Source: Fibrobacteria bacterium (lineage in GTDB: Bacteria > Fibrobacterota > Fibrobacteria > UBA11236). Taken from it: a stretch of 64,000 nucleotides of DNA. Shown here in pieces: positions 20,367-30,211 of this stretch (positions are counted from its first letter, which is position 1; each line of letters starts with the position of its first letter). A program made the position numbers and the translations under genes. Location of the stretch: the NCBI GenBank assembly GCA_043732185.1, contig JAYTHY010000042.1:1-64000 (forward strand). The letters run 5' to 3'. The notes under the pieces are model-generated. The model worked only from the letters and a program-made list of their open reading frames with translations. It was not told the DNA's origin and did no database searches.

Positions 20367-20492
20367 AGGCCACATGCGTTCGCCCATTTCGAACATTCGC
20401 TTGCCCATAATGTTGGCGCCAAGGCGCTCCGTGGTGTTCCTCAGCATGTCATTGACTGGACCCGCCTCACCACCTGGCCCCAGCTTGAGGTT
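20367..20492 (-). pseudogene. Internal fragment of a dihydrofolate-reductase/RibD C-terminal-like gene
   Basis: Minus strand reads NLKLGPGGEAGPVNDMLRNTTERLGANIMGKRMFEMGERMWP (GA.IMG.RMF signature); the rest of the protein is missing on both sides. Confidence 0.65.
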
Positions 20493-20789
20493 TATCTCAA
20501 TTTTCTAGGCCATCATTTCCACCACCAAAATACTGGTGTGTAACCAAGCCGAAACACTTGCAGACCTTTTTCGGAATGCACTTTATTCCAAACTTTCCTT
20601 TTTTATAGTTGATACAGATTCGTAAGTTTGAATTTTTACGGACATTAATAGGAATGCGCTGGTAACATTTAAGTTACGCCAGTAAAACAAAAAAAAGATC
20701 CATTTTTTTTACAGGCAACAATATTATATTCTCTCCATCGGTCACGAGCTTCCAAATGTTCTTCAGCTCAACTTGTAGGAGAGACGATC

Positions 20790-23195
20790 ATGCCCATTCA
20801 ACCGACCTACCCTGGTGTATATATCCAGGAAGTTTCCAGCGGTGTCAGAACCATCACAGGAGTATCCACTTCCATCGCGGCGTTTTTCGGCCGGACTCTG
20901 AAAGGTCCGCTGAATAAAGCCGTGCGCTGCCTTGGCTATGCCGATTTCCTGCGCGAATTTGGCGGCGGACATCCACTCAATGACACAGGGTTCAGCGTTA
21001 AACAGTTTTTCGATAATGGTGGGACGGATTGCTATGTCGTACGCTTGGCGAAAGGCGCATCGCCTGCCAGCGTAACCCTAAGAAACGGAACGGGCGGGAA
21101 TTCATTCAATGTCCTAACTGCTACTGCGAAAGCCGATGGAGCCTGGGGACAGCAAATTAAACTGAATGTCGATTACAATACCGTCAATCCGGATGATTCT
21201 TTCAATTTGACGGTTAGCCATGAAGCCGATGGCGCCGTTTTAGTTCAAGAAATCCACAGCAACCTTTCGATGAATCCTACTTCACCGCGTTTCGCACCGC
21301 CCTATGTGTCCCAATCCTCCCGGTTGATAAACTTAACCGTGCACGCCGAACTGGGTGATCCGACGCTATCGGGATCGGTTATGAATCTATTCGGTAATAC
21401 ACCTCCGGCGTATAGTCAGAGCAGGAGAATATTTACGGGAGTGGATGCCGATGCACTCCGGAATGCAGTGAAAACCGAGATCGAGAATAAAATAGCCGCT
21501 GGAAAATCCAAATTTGATATCAACGTCAATGGTGTCAGCGCAACAGTCGATCTCGCTGGAATAGGGTTGTTGACTGAGTGGACCACCTTATCGCCCAATA
21601 CCGTGGACGGAATTCTCCCGGCTTTGGAAAAGCATGTGAATCCGCAGCTTCAGGCAGTGGATGCGAGTTTAAAAGTCACTTTCACTTGGGATATTCTGGG
21701 AACCAGGCTGGTGGTGTTGAGGATAACGGCGGCTTCCGCATCCGGAACCAACAGCAATGTCAGTATCCGAAGAAGCAGTGCAAATGATATCAGCGCGGAC
21801 CTTATGCTCGGTGTAGAGCAAGGCGGCATTGAAGTAGGCCGATACAGCAATCTGCGTCCCGTCCCCAATGGTTCTTTTTTCTGGGGCGCCCAGAATTTTG
21901 GAAACTTTACCACCGAACTCGGAAAATTCTCCGTCTTGAATCAAACGGCCATCAACAGTATTACCATTGCATCCAAGGTGATACCACTGAATCTGGTGAC
22001 GGCGGGAACCTTGATGTATCAACAAGCCGCTGGCGGACTTGACGGTGTTCGCGAAAAGCTTCGCATTATCGTGCAAAAAATAAATCAAGAAACAGATTCG
22101 CCCTGCACCGCCGAACTTTGGGGATACCATCTCATCCTCAAAAAAAAGACGGGTACGATTAACGACAGCGTACTCATTTCAACGGGTTTAGTTGCGGATC
22201 TGGCTACGAATTTCGTGAACAATGTCCGACAGTACAGCTTGGGTGGACTTGGAACCGGAGTGTATCAATCACTTGGAACACCGGGCGCGGATGGCGTTGT
22301 TCCGGACAAGAACACCTATGTTGGTGATCCGGTTTTGCACACCGGCTTTTATGCTCTCGACACTGTGGATCTTTTCAACTTGATGGTTATTCCCGGAGAC
22401 CGGGAGGTGACGCCAGCCTTGTACGCAGAATTGATCGCTGAAGCCAGCAATTTTTGCCAGAAAAAACGCGCTTTTTTCCTGGCGGATGCGCCAGCGAATT
22501 GGACCGATGGCGCACAGGTTAAAGCCGATGCGACCACGGTCAACGCAATTCGTGTTGGGGTGGCAAAGAAGAATGCAGCCATATTTTATCCGCGGCTCCA
22601 GTTCAGCGATGGTGGTTTACGGAAATACATCGGCCCTTCCGGCATGATCGCCGGACTCATGGCGCGAACCGATTCCGAACGCGGCATCTGGAAAGCTCCC
22701 GCGGGAATTGACGCAGACCTGCGCAGTGTTCTGGATGTCGAACTGAATATGACGGACAACGAAAACGGAGTGCTCAATAAATTGGGCGTCAACTGCATCC
22801 GCAAGTTCCCGAATGGCATAGTCAATTGGGGTGCGCGCACGCTGGACGGCAGCGATGATTTTGGTTCCGAATGGAAATATATTCCTATCCGCCGATTGGC
22901 TTTGTTTCTGGAAGAGTCGCTCTTCCGTGGAACGAAATGGGTGGTTTTCGAACCCAATGATGAGCCGCTTTGGGCCAAGATTCGACTCAACGTGAACTCT
23001 TTCATGCTAAATCTTTTTAGGCAAGGGGCCTTTCAAGGCAGCACACCGGATAAGGCTTTCTTTGTAAAGTGCGACGGTGAAACAACCACGGCCAACGATC
23101 GGAATTTGGGGATAGTCAATATCCAGGTGGGTTTCGCACCGCTTAAGCCTGCGGAATTCGTGATCATCAGTATCCAACAGATCCCGGACGTCTAA
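20790..23195 (+). CDS. Contractile tail sheath protein (Afp2/3/4-like) with large central insertion
   Basis: TYPGVYIQE N-terminus; GIWKAPAG, WGARTL, WKYIPIRRL, WVVFEPNDEPLW, VGFAPLKPAEFV. Confidence 0.95.
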   Translation: MPIQPTYPGVYIQEVSSGVRTITGVSTSIAAFFGRTLKGPLNKAVRCLGYADFLREFGGGHPLNDTGFSVKQFFDNGGTDCYVVRLAKGASPASVTLRNGTGGNSFNVLTATAKADGAWGQQIKLNVDYNTVNPDDSFNLTVSHEADGAVLVQEIHSNLSMNPTSPRFAPPYVSQSSRLINLTVHAELGDPTLSGSVMNLFGNTPPAYSQSRRIFTGVDADALRNAVKTEIENKIAAGKSKFDINVNGVSATVDLAGIGLLTEWTTLSPNTVDGILPALEKHVNPQLQAVDASLKVTFTWDILGTRLVVLRITAASASGTNSNVSIRRSSANDISADLMLGVEQGGIEVGRYSNLRPVPNGSFFWGAQNFGNFTTELGKFSVLNQTAINSITIASKVIPLNLVTAGTLMYQQAAGGLDGVREKLRIIVQKINQETDSPCTAELWGYHLILKKKTGTINDSVLISTGLVADLATNFVNNVRQYSLGGLGTGVYQSLGTPGADGVVPDKNTYVGDPVLHTGFYALDTVDLFNLMVIPGDREVTPALYAELIAEASNFCQKKRAFFLADAPANWTDGAQVKADATTVNAIRVGVAKKNAAIFYPRLQFSDGGLRKYIGPSGMIAGLMARTDSERGIWKAPAGIDADLRSVLDVELNMTDNENGVLNKLGVNCIRKFPNGIVNWGARTLDGSDDFGSEWKYIPIRRLALFLEESLFRGTKWVVFEPNDEPLWAKIRLNVNSFMLNLFRQGAFQGSTPDKAFFVKCDGETTTANDRNLGIVNIQVGFAPLKPAEFVIISIQQIPDV

Positions 23196-23213
23196 CAGTC
23201 ATAGGAGACAAAG

Positions 23214-23735
23214 ATGGGAAAAGGTTTCGAAAAAAACGCTAAACGACTCGACCCTTACAAGAATTTCAAATTCAGGATTCTTTGGGACGGGAAAACCGTG
23301 CTCGGAGTGAGTAAGGTCAGTGCCTTGAAGCGCACTACCGAAGTGGTCAAACATCGCGATGGCGGACAAAACAGCACCGATAGCAAATCGCCCGGCAGAA
23401 CAACCTACGATGCCATTACTCTCGAACGCGGATTGACCCATGATCCTGAGTTCGAGAAATGGGCCAACAAGGTTCACCCCTATTCCGGTGACGCAGCCAT
23501 GGATTTGGCCAATTACAAAAAGGACCTCGTCCTGGAAATGATGAATGAAAAGGGGCATGTGGTCTACCGGTATTTCCTGTACTACTGCTGGGTCAGTGAG
23601 TTTACGGCCATGCCGGAGCTAAACGCCAATGCTAACGCGGTGGCCATCGAATCGCTCAAGATCGAGCTCGAAGGCTGGAGTAGGGATTTGGATACCAAGG
23701 AGCCTAAGGAAAGCGACGATGTGCCGCAAGGATGA
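23214..23735 (+). CDS. Tail tube protein (T4 gp19/Afp1/5-like)
   Basis: DPYKNFKFR, KSPGRTTYDAITLERG, VAIESLKIELEG. Confidence 0.93.
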   Translation: MGKGFEKNAKRLDPYKNFKFRILWDGKTVLGVSKVSALKRTTEVVKHRDGGQNSTDSKSPGRTTYDAITLERGLTHDPEFEKWANKVHPYSGDAAMDLANYKKDLVLEMMNEKGHVVYRYFLYYCWVSEFTAMPELNANANAVAIESLKIELEGWSRDLDTKEPKESDDVPQG

Positions 23736-23751
23736 GGACGGGATATAACTC

Positions 23752-24537
23752 ATGCATCCCATACCTACAGGGAGTTATCCGGCAAGCGGCATAGCGATGC
23801 GCCGGTTTGGGATATTCGAAAGCGATTTAAACCTGGATTTTTCCAGCAAAAATATTCCTGCGTTGATCACGCGGCTGTTGGAGCAATGCGCCGTGGATTC
23901 ACTAAACCTGCTTCCACCGGATTTTTTTCGCGAGCTTTCCGTCGGTAGGCGGCTGGAATATTTGCTGGCCCTGGCAGCAGGTCAAGGCGAATCGACATTC
24001 GAATTCCCTTTTGCGTGTTCCGGCTGCGCGCTGGAAATCGAACTGGAACTCACGCTGTTTGAAATTGCGGAAAAGCAAAGAGAAGCTGATGCGATTAACA
24101 CCGTTCACTTGGACATCCAAGGTAAGCGGGTTGAGTTTCGCAAACCCTGCGGCCGCGATCAGGAAAACTGGGCGGCGATGGACTTCATCGACCCAAAAGA
24201 AGCTATCGAGGCGATGATTGCCACACTCTCTACGGATCAAGATGTTTTGTCCAACTTGGACCCGGAAACCATTGAGCGTGTCGACCAAATGATGGATGAA
24301 GCAGACCCGCTGGTCAATTTCCTGTGTCAGATAACCTGCGTGGAATGTGGTGCAATGAATCATTTCCCCATCGATTTGTGCCATGCCGCGCTCGCCATGC
24401 TGCGGCGTCAGCAAAAGCAATTAATAATTCTTGTACACAAGCTGGCCTCGCATTATCACTGGAGCGAGCAAGAGGTTTTTGCGATTCCGCACTGGCGCCG
24501 CAAGGAATACCTTTCTCTTATCTCGGCGGAAGGTTAG
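23752..24537 (+). CDS. Tail assembly chaperone/baseplate-hub-like protein with CxxC pairs
   Basis: LSVGRR, CSGC, DPL...CVECG, C-terminal VHKLASHYHWSEQEV..IP..RR..YL; follows the tube gene. Confidence 0.65.
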   Translation: MHPIPTGSYPASGIAMRRFGIFESDLNLDFSSKNIPALITRLLEQCAVDSLNLLPPDFFRELSVGRRLEYLLALAAGQGESTFEFPFACSGCALEIELELTLFEIAEKQREADAINTVHLDIQGKRVEFRKPCGRDQENWAAMDFIDPKEAIEAMIATLSTDQDVLSNLDPETIERVDQMMDEADPLVNFLCQITCVECGAMNHFPIDLCHAALAMLRRQQKQLIILVHKLASHYHWSEQEVFAIPHWRRKEYLSLISAEG

Positions 24538-24543
24538 GCTGGG

Positions 24544-25554
24544 ATGGGATATTTCTCGCGCATCGCTGCCCAAAGTGGGATCCGGCTACCGGAAATAAAC
24601 CATACGCAAGACGTACCGCTGGCCAAACCTGTGTTCGATTCTGCTCCTCTGGGCGATGATGAAAGCGTATTCGTTCCTGCCTCATTGCCCGCTGCCAAGG
24701 TAGAGTCGATTCCCGAAATGGATCAAACAGAACTTGGGCAGGCTCGTGCCAATCTGCTGGATAAAAATCATGACGCAAATGCAAAATCTCCGGAGCTTGA
24801 GAACGACCGCCCTATTTCGATAGCGATGCCAAGACAGGATCCACTGAGCGCAGAAATGCAACCCGCAGCAAAGCCAGGGCGGAACGGTATTGGCCCGCCA
24901 GACTCCGTGTCACTCGAATCAAAACAGCAGGCTACATCTCGTAATGTGCCCGGGCCTGTGGAACTCTCCCTGGCTACTCACCGCGAATCCGGACAAACAG
25001 AAAACCCCCGCAAGCAAGTGAAACTGGTAGCTGAAGAGAATTCCAATCGTGAGAAAGTTGATTCTCAGTTGGAGTCCAACCAGGGTTCACTACAACCGGT
25101 CTCAAGCGCCGTCATCAATTCAAAAACTACGGAATACTTTTCCAGAACCGCCGCAATCCTCGAAATGGGTGGCGCTGCAAAGGAAGACATTGAATCCAAG
25201 GTTTTGCAAGATGTTCAAGAATGGATTGCCGCAGCAAACCAGGCTTCGGAAACGGCTAACGAAAAACCAGTGAGCGAAGAGGCCGTCGCAGTTACGCAAG
25301 CCAGATCTGCGCAAACGCACGCCATGGTCCGCGCACGTGAAGAGATCGCATCTGAAAGGGCGGCGGGTACCAGACCTTTAGAACAAAGTTTCAGTTTATC
25401 CATCGGCACAATTAGCGTCATTCTCGATACCCCGCAAACTCCCAGTCCACCCGCTCCATCTGCCCCACCTGCTATACCCGCCCAGCAAGGCGGCAATGGA
25501 CCTGTTCGGGATCCGGTTAGTCGGTTTTCGCGAATGAACCGGAGCTTCATCTAG
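24544..25554 (+). CDS. eCIS-associated hypothetical protein, largely low-complexity
   Basis: MGYFSRIAA N-terminus, polar/Pro-rich middle, C-terminal LSIGTISV strand; in operon. Confidence 0.55.
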   Translation: MGYFSRIAAQSGIRLPEINHTQDVPLAKPVFDSAPLGDDESVFVPASLPAAKVESIPEMDQTELGQARANLLDKNHDANAKSPELENDRPISIAMPRQDPLSAEMQPAAKPGRNGIGPPDSVSLESKQQATSRNVPGPVELSLATHRESGQTENPRKQVKLVAEENSNREKVDSQLESNQGSLQPVSSAVINSKTTEYFSRTAAILEMGGAAKEDIESKVLQDVQEWIAAANQASETANEKPVSEEAVAVTQARSAQTHAMVRAREEIASERAAGTRPLEQSFSLSIGTISVILDTPQTPSPPAPSAPPAIPAQQGGNGPVRDPVSRFSRMNRSFI

Positions 25555-25568
25555 GAAATCCCGGGACT

Positions 25569-26798
25569 ATGCCGCTAACAGACACTTCAAAAGCCATCGG
25601 AGCCGTTACAGAGGCGCTCAAGGAGCGACTCGAATGGAGTACGCAAGTACCTGTTTCGGTCGGACGGCTTGACAAAACCAGCAGTGCGGGCGGGCACCTC
25701 AATCTCTTCCTGTATGAAATCGCCTTCGATCCGCATTTGAAGAATACGCCGTTGCATGAAGGAGGCAAGCCTCCCATTTGGCTGGTTTTGAAATACCTTC
25801 TGACTGGATTCGAATCCACCGAGGTGAGCGATAGTTCAAAGGCGCATGAAATATTGGGCTCGGGAATAAGGGCCATATACCGGGATGATTTGTTGACTTT
25901 GACCGGCTTGCTGACGAGCACGACCCCCTTGGTGGACAATCCCAGCGCGCTCCATGTTACCTTTGATGAAGCACCAGCGGAATTGGTTGCCAAACTCAGC
26001 CAGGGCACGGATGAAACGCCTCGGCTCTCGGTAGCTTTCCAGGTACGCCCTGTAATGATTGCCCCGGCGGAACCGGGAACCTTTTCGCTTCTGGTGGGAG
26101 TGGACTACACCAAGCCGCCAATAGCCTTGTCGGCCGCCCCTGTTGGCTTGGACATCCTGCCCTCGATGGGCGCGTGGATGGAAAAACTGGAACCTAACGG
26201 GTTTGAAGTCGGTGAGGTGGTCGCTATTCTTGGTACGGATCTCCACTTGGCCAATCTGTCCATTATGCTGGGTCCTGTGGAGCTTCCCGTGACTATGCAG
26301 CAGCCGGATAGGCTTGAATTCCGGATCGATCCCAACCTTATCGGGGCTGGCGGAATCTCTGCTGGAAGCCATCCGGTTCAGATAGCTCAGTGGTTACCGG
26401 GTACCGGAAAAAAACGGAAAAGCAATGCCGTCATCGGCAATCTAGTGCCCACTTTGACCCATGCTGCACTGTCTGCTTTAAGTCTTACGATTATTCCCGC
26501 AATCCCGCCCAACGTGCCGGAAAAGGCTTTCGCCACTCTTGACCTAAGCGGCCTACTCCTTGGTGATAAGAACGATGATGTGATTCTCGCCCTTTATAGC
26601 CAAAGCAGCCAAGGCAAGGTTTACAAAGCGTTCGATGTGTTTACCGTGTTGCCTACTCCACAGCCCGCTCTGCAACCCTCTCGACAATTGGTGATGACCA
26701 TGAGCGATGCCGTACCTGCCGGAGACTACAATGTGATCCTCATTGTAAACGGACAGCAAGCGCCGCAAAGCCCGATAGTCAGATTGCGCCTTCCATGA
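25569..26798 (+). CDS. Pvc16/Afp16 (DUF4255) tail terminator-like protein with C-terminal Ig/IPT-like domains
   Basis: IGAVTEALKERL, LNLFLYEI, LVLKYLLT, RLSVAFQVRPV; directly upstream of the ATPase. Confidence 0.8.
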   Translation: MPLTDTSKAIGAVTEALKERLEWSTQVPVSVGRLDKTSSAGGHLNLFLYEIAFDPHLKNTPLHEGGKPPIWLVLKYLLTGFESTEVSDSSKAHEILGSGIRAIYRDDLLTLTGLLTSTTPLVDNPSALHVTFDEAPAELVAKLSQGTDETPRLSVAFQVRPVMIAPAEPGTFSLLVGVDYTKPPIALSAAPVGLDILPSMGAWMEKLEPNGFEVGEVVAILGTDLHLANLSIMLGPVELPVTMQQPDRLEFRIDPNLIGAGGISAGSHPVQIAQWLPGTGKKRKSNAVIGNLVPTLTHAALSALSLTIIPAIPPNVPEKAFATLDLSGLLLGDKNDDVILALYSQSSQGKVYKAFDVFTVLPTPQPALQPSRQLVMTMSDAVPAGDYNVILIVNGQQAPQSPIVRLRLP

Positions 26799-28954
26799 CG
26801 GTCGCGACGCTACAACCGGAACCAATCGTGTTCTCCCCAGGATTGCGGGCCGATGACGCGCTTGCGAACTATTGGATGCGGCAGGCAACGCTCAGGACGC
26901 GTCGGGAAATTGCATGGATCTGGCGCGAACGGGGTCAGGGTGTACAAGGGCGGCTGGGTGAATTGCCGCCTTACCTGGATAAAGCTTCCGATTCACTGGA
27001 TCTATCGCGCCACTCAGCGGAAAAAAAACAATTCTTTCAGGAGGATGCGGCCGCCAGTTACTTAACCGGAAAATTGGAAGAGGCTAGACCGGAATCAGGC
27101 CGCTGCCGTCGCGGATCATTTGAGTGGGTGGTCGGCGAAATTGGATTGGATGATGTGTCCGCATTTGCGCTGGGGCTCGGATTAGCTGCTTCCATGGATG
27201 CGAGTTTCGGTGCGGTCATTGCCGCCTGCCTCAATGATTCCATGCGCATTCATCCCAACCTTATGCTCATCCAGCGATTATGGGATGCACCAGAAGAGGC
27301 TTTGACGCTTTCTGATCCGATGCATCCTTTGTTCCGGTTTGGCCTCCTGCGCCGGAGCGCAGCGGCACGTAGTGCAAATGCTGAAACATTATGGGAACAG
27401 CCCCTGTCTGTTCCATCCATGGTTGCGCGCGAGTTGCTCACCGCGAATCCGGTGGCGCCTGCCGGGCTCAGCCTGCGCACTCCGGAGACTTCGCCCGACG
27501 GGGAGCTTGGGAAATCGGGCGAGCTCATCGCCTATCGGATCAAATCGGAAAAGCCCAAGCATTTGCGCGTAGTGCCCTTGCTGGGAAATCACCGCTCAGC
27601 ATATCGCCAGGTGGCCGTGGATATTTCCAGAGTCGCGAACCGCACTTTGTGGGAATACCGTGGCGACACAGCTCTATTGGTGGCTGAAGAATACCTGAAC
27701 ATGTTGGCCACGCTTTGCTGGCTGCAGGACAGGGACTTGCTCATCTGTCATGAACTTTTCAATGGGGCCGAAAAACACCGTGAGCGCAACGAGGGACTCC
27801 CGCTTGTTTCCATCCCCGTGACTCTGTATATGGCGATTACCGAACGCCGACAGATCAAACACATCGAAGAAGGGTTTCTGTTGCCCGTGATCAGCATCCC
27901 ACAACTGCCTTATGAACAACGGCTGGCCGTGTGGCGTGCGGAATTCGGAAGCAATGCCTCGGATTTCCAGCCCATCCTGATCGAAATCTCACGTCGATTC
28001 CGTTATGAATCCGAAACGATACGCCAGATTGCCGCAGAAATAAAAGCGCTTCCCCGCAAACCGTCCGAGGACGATTTCCTCGCGGCCTGCCGGGCTGAAC
28101 TCAATTTTGATATCGGGGAGCTGGCCGCTTATGTAGAACCTAGGTTTAGGGAAGAAACGTTGATCCTGCCAAAAAAGCAAGGGATCCAATTCGAAGAGCA
28201 ATTGGCGGCAATGGAATCCTTAACCTCAGTCCATTATGGTTGGGGCACCGCCCAAGCCTGGAATGAGGGCGGAATCACGGTGCTCTTTTCCGGCCCACCG
28301 GGCACGGGTAAAACCATGGCCGCGGAGATTATGTCGCAGCGGCTCAAATTGCCGATGTACCGGATCGATCTTTCCCAAGTAGTCAACAAATACATCGGGG
28401 AAACCGAGAAAAACCTGAAGCGCATTTTCGATGCTGCCGAAATTTCGGACATGGTGCTTTTCTTTGATGAAGCCGACTCGCTCTTTGGGAAGCGCACAGA
28501 AATAGGGGATTCGCGGGACCGCTATGCGAACCTGGAAGTCAGCTACTTGTTGGAGCGTATGGAACGGTTTAAAGGGCTGGCTATTTTGGCGACCAATCGC
28601 AAGCGCGATCTGGACGAAGCGTTTATGCGACGCATCCGCTACATCATTGATTTTCCTGTGCCGGAGGAAGCCCAGCGCGTGGCCATCTGGAACCAGGTGA
28701 TTCCCCGCGGGGTCGCGGCGGATTCAAACCTTGATATCGCCTTTTTGGCGAAGCAGTTTCCCCTTTCGGGTGGACATATCCGCTCGATTGTATTCAACGC
28801 CTGTTTGCAATCGGCGCGGGGGAAGAGTGGAAAGAAGGAGCTGCATATGCAGGACGTGCTGGTCGCCGTCAAGCGCGAATACGACAAGATGAACCGTTCC
28901 CTGAGTCTCGATCAGCTTGGGAAATACGCGCAACATATCGAATCGCTGGGATAG
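26795..28954 (+). CDS. AAA+ ATPase (Afp15/Pvc15-like)
   Basis: GPPGTGKT, IDLSQVVNKYIGETEKNL, FFDEADSLFGKR, DRYANLEVSYLL. Confidence 0.93.
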   Translation: MTVATLQPEPIVFSPGLRADDALANYWMRQATLRTRREIAWIWRERGQGVQGRLGELPPYLDKASDSLDLSRHSAEKKQFFQEDAAASYLTGKLEEARPESGRCRRGSFEWVVGEIGLDDVSAFALGLGLAASMDASFGAVIAACLNDSMRIHPNLMLIQRLWDAPEEALTLSDPMHPLFRFGLLRRSAAARSANAETLWEQPLSVPSMVARELLTANPVAPAGLSLRTPETSPDGELGKSGELIAYRIKSEKPKHLRVVPLLGNHRSAYRQVAVDISRVANRTLWEYRGDTALLVAEEYLNMLATLCWLQDRDLLICHELFNGAEKHRERNEGLPLVSIPVTLYMAITERRQIKHIEEGFLLPVISIPQLPYEQRLAVWRAEFGSNASDFQPILIEISRRFRYESETIRQIAAEIKALPRKPSEDDFLAACRAELNFDIGELAAYVEPRFREETLILPKKQGIQFEEQLAAMESLTSVHYGWGTAQAWNEGGITVLFSGPPGTGKTMAAEIMSQRLKLPMYRIDLSQVVNKYIGETEKNLKRIFDAAEISDMVLFFDEADSLFGKRTEIGDSRDRYANLEVSYLLERMERFKGLAILATNRKRDLDEAFMRRIRYIIDFPVPEEAQRVAIWNQVIPRGVAADSNLDIAFLAKQFPLSGGHIRSIVFNACLQSARGKSGKKELHMQDVLVAVKREYDKMNRSLSLDQLGKYAQHIESLG

Positions 28955-28960
28955 GAAGCC

Positions 28961-29218
28961 ATGCCGAACCGCAACATCCATATTGAAAACCTGAGGATTC
29001 ACTTGCCCTCTGACCAGGCTGGACGGGCCCATGAAATTGCGGATGCCTTCGGCAAGGAAATTCTGCATGCCCTCGCGAAATCGACTGAGGGGAAAATCGG
29101 GGCGCTGAATGTTGGTGCCATAGAAATACATACGCCGGACCTCCAGGCGAATGCACCGGAACGGCAAAAGTGGGCGGCGGGCCGGGTAGCAGATGCGCTT
29201 GTGGATAAAATCGGATAA
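28961..29218 (+). CDS. Small eCIS-associated hypothetical protein
   Basis: AGGA SD; IHIENLRIHL motif; lies between the ATPase and the tube initiator. Confidence 0.6.
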   Translation: MPNRNIHIENLRIHLPSDQAGRAHEIADAFGKEILHALAKSTEGKIGALNVGAIEIHTPDLQANAPERQKWAAGRVADALVDKIG

Positions 29219-29232
29219 AAAGGTAGGGACCG

Positions 29233-29895
29233 ATGGCTGGGCTTTTAATGCGGGGAGCGCTGATAGAATACGGATCGGACTTCATGGGTCCAATTCCCAA
29301 TGTTGTTATTTTCCAGTTCAATCCTGAAACGTTATCGCGTACTGTGCAGATACCGCCCCGACCGGCATCCGCCACCTCGCGTGAAACATCACAGGCCGGT
29401 CAGCCTTCCATCGAAAAAATCACTTTCAAAGCGGCTTTTTCCGCGGCAGACGAACTGGGCAAGAATAATCCATTGGCACGGGCATTCGGCGTAGGAACCC
29501 GGCTGGCTGCACTAGAAAAGATGGTCTATCCGGCCAATGAACTGCTGGCAGCCATTGGCGCCGCCCTGGGATTGGGTGCTGGCCCGAGTACCGGGGATCC
29601 GCGACAGTCTATTCCGCGCCAGAAAATGCCCCGCATCCTTTTCATTTGGGGTCCGTTAAAAGTGTTGCCCGTCCTATTGGAATCCATGACCATTACCGAA
29701 CAGCAGTATGATTTTCTGCTCAATCCAATTCAGGCCGAGGTGTCCATCACCCTGTCTGTCAACGCCGTAGACGCGTGTAGGGACGACATGATAGGAAAAG
29801 GCGCTCTATCCTATTCGAACATGGCGAAAGATGCGCAGGCGATGGCCAATTTGGTGAATACGGTGAGTCAAGTCGCGGAGATGATTCCGTTCTAA
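29233..29895 (+). CDS. CIS tube-initiator protein (Afp7 N-terminal-like)
   Basis: VVIFQFNPETLSR, LFIWGP..VLPV...MTITEQQYD..LNPIQAEV. Confidence 0.8.
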   Translation: MAGLLMRGALIEYGSDFMGPIPNVVIFQFNPETLSRTVQIPPRPASATSRETSQAGQPSIEKITFKAAFSAADELGKNNPLARAFGVGTRLAALEKMVYPANELLAAIGAALGLGAGPSTGDPRQSIPRQKMPRILFIWGPLKVLPVLLESMTITEQQYDFLLNPIQAEVSITLSVNAVDACRDDMIGKGALSYSNMAKDAQAMANLVNTVSQVAEMIPF

Positions 29896-29908
29896 CGGAG
29901 GAACACAT

Positions 29909-30208
29909 ATGTTTGATTCAAATTCACGTTATGCGCAAAGTCCGATTGTGGAAGTCGAGAGCAAAAAAGGAAAAGTAAGCGTCGTGAAGCTACGCCGCCT
30001 TCCGTTTGTTCCCGGAAACTTGACGGAGATAAAAGGCGCGGACCGCCTCGACATCCTTGCCCACCGTCGATTTGCGGACGGCACTAAATTCTGGCATATC
30101 GCAGACAGCAATACGGAGCTGGAGGCCAACGCCCTTGTGACCCAAAAGCCACCAGAGAATCCGCTGGCCAGGCAGGAAACGACTTTCATCCAAGTTTCGG
30201 AAACCTAA
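29909..30208 (+). CDS. LysM-like baseplate protein (Afp7 C-terminal-like)
   Basis: SNSRY; DRLDILAHR..D.TKFWHIADSN. Confidence 0.8.
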   Translation: MFDSNSRYAQSPIVEVESKKGKVSVVKLRRLPFVPGNLTEIKGADRLDILAHRRFADGTKFWHIADSNTELEANALVTQKPPENPLARQETTFIQVSET

Positions 30209-30211
30209 TCC

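Noticed and set aside
20560..20789. RfaH ops element or defined operator upstream of the eCIS operon
   Set aside because: No GGCGGTAG-type ops sequence seen; only AT-rich sequence with weak imperfect inverted repeats
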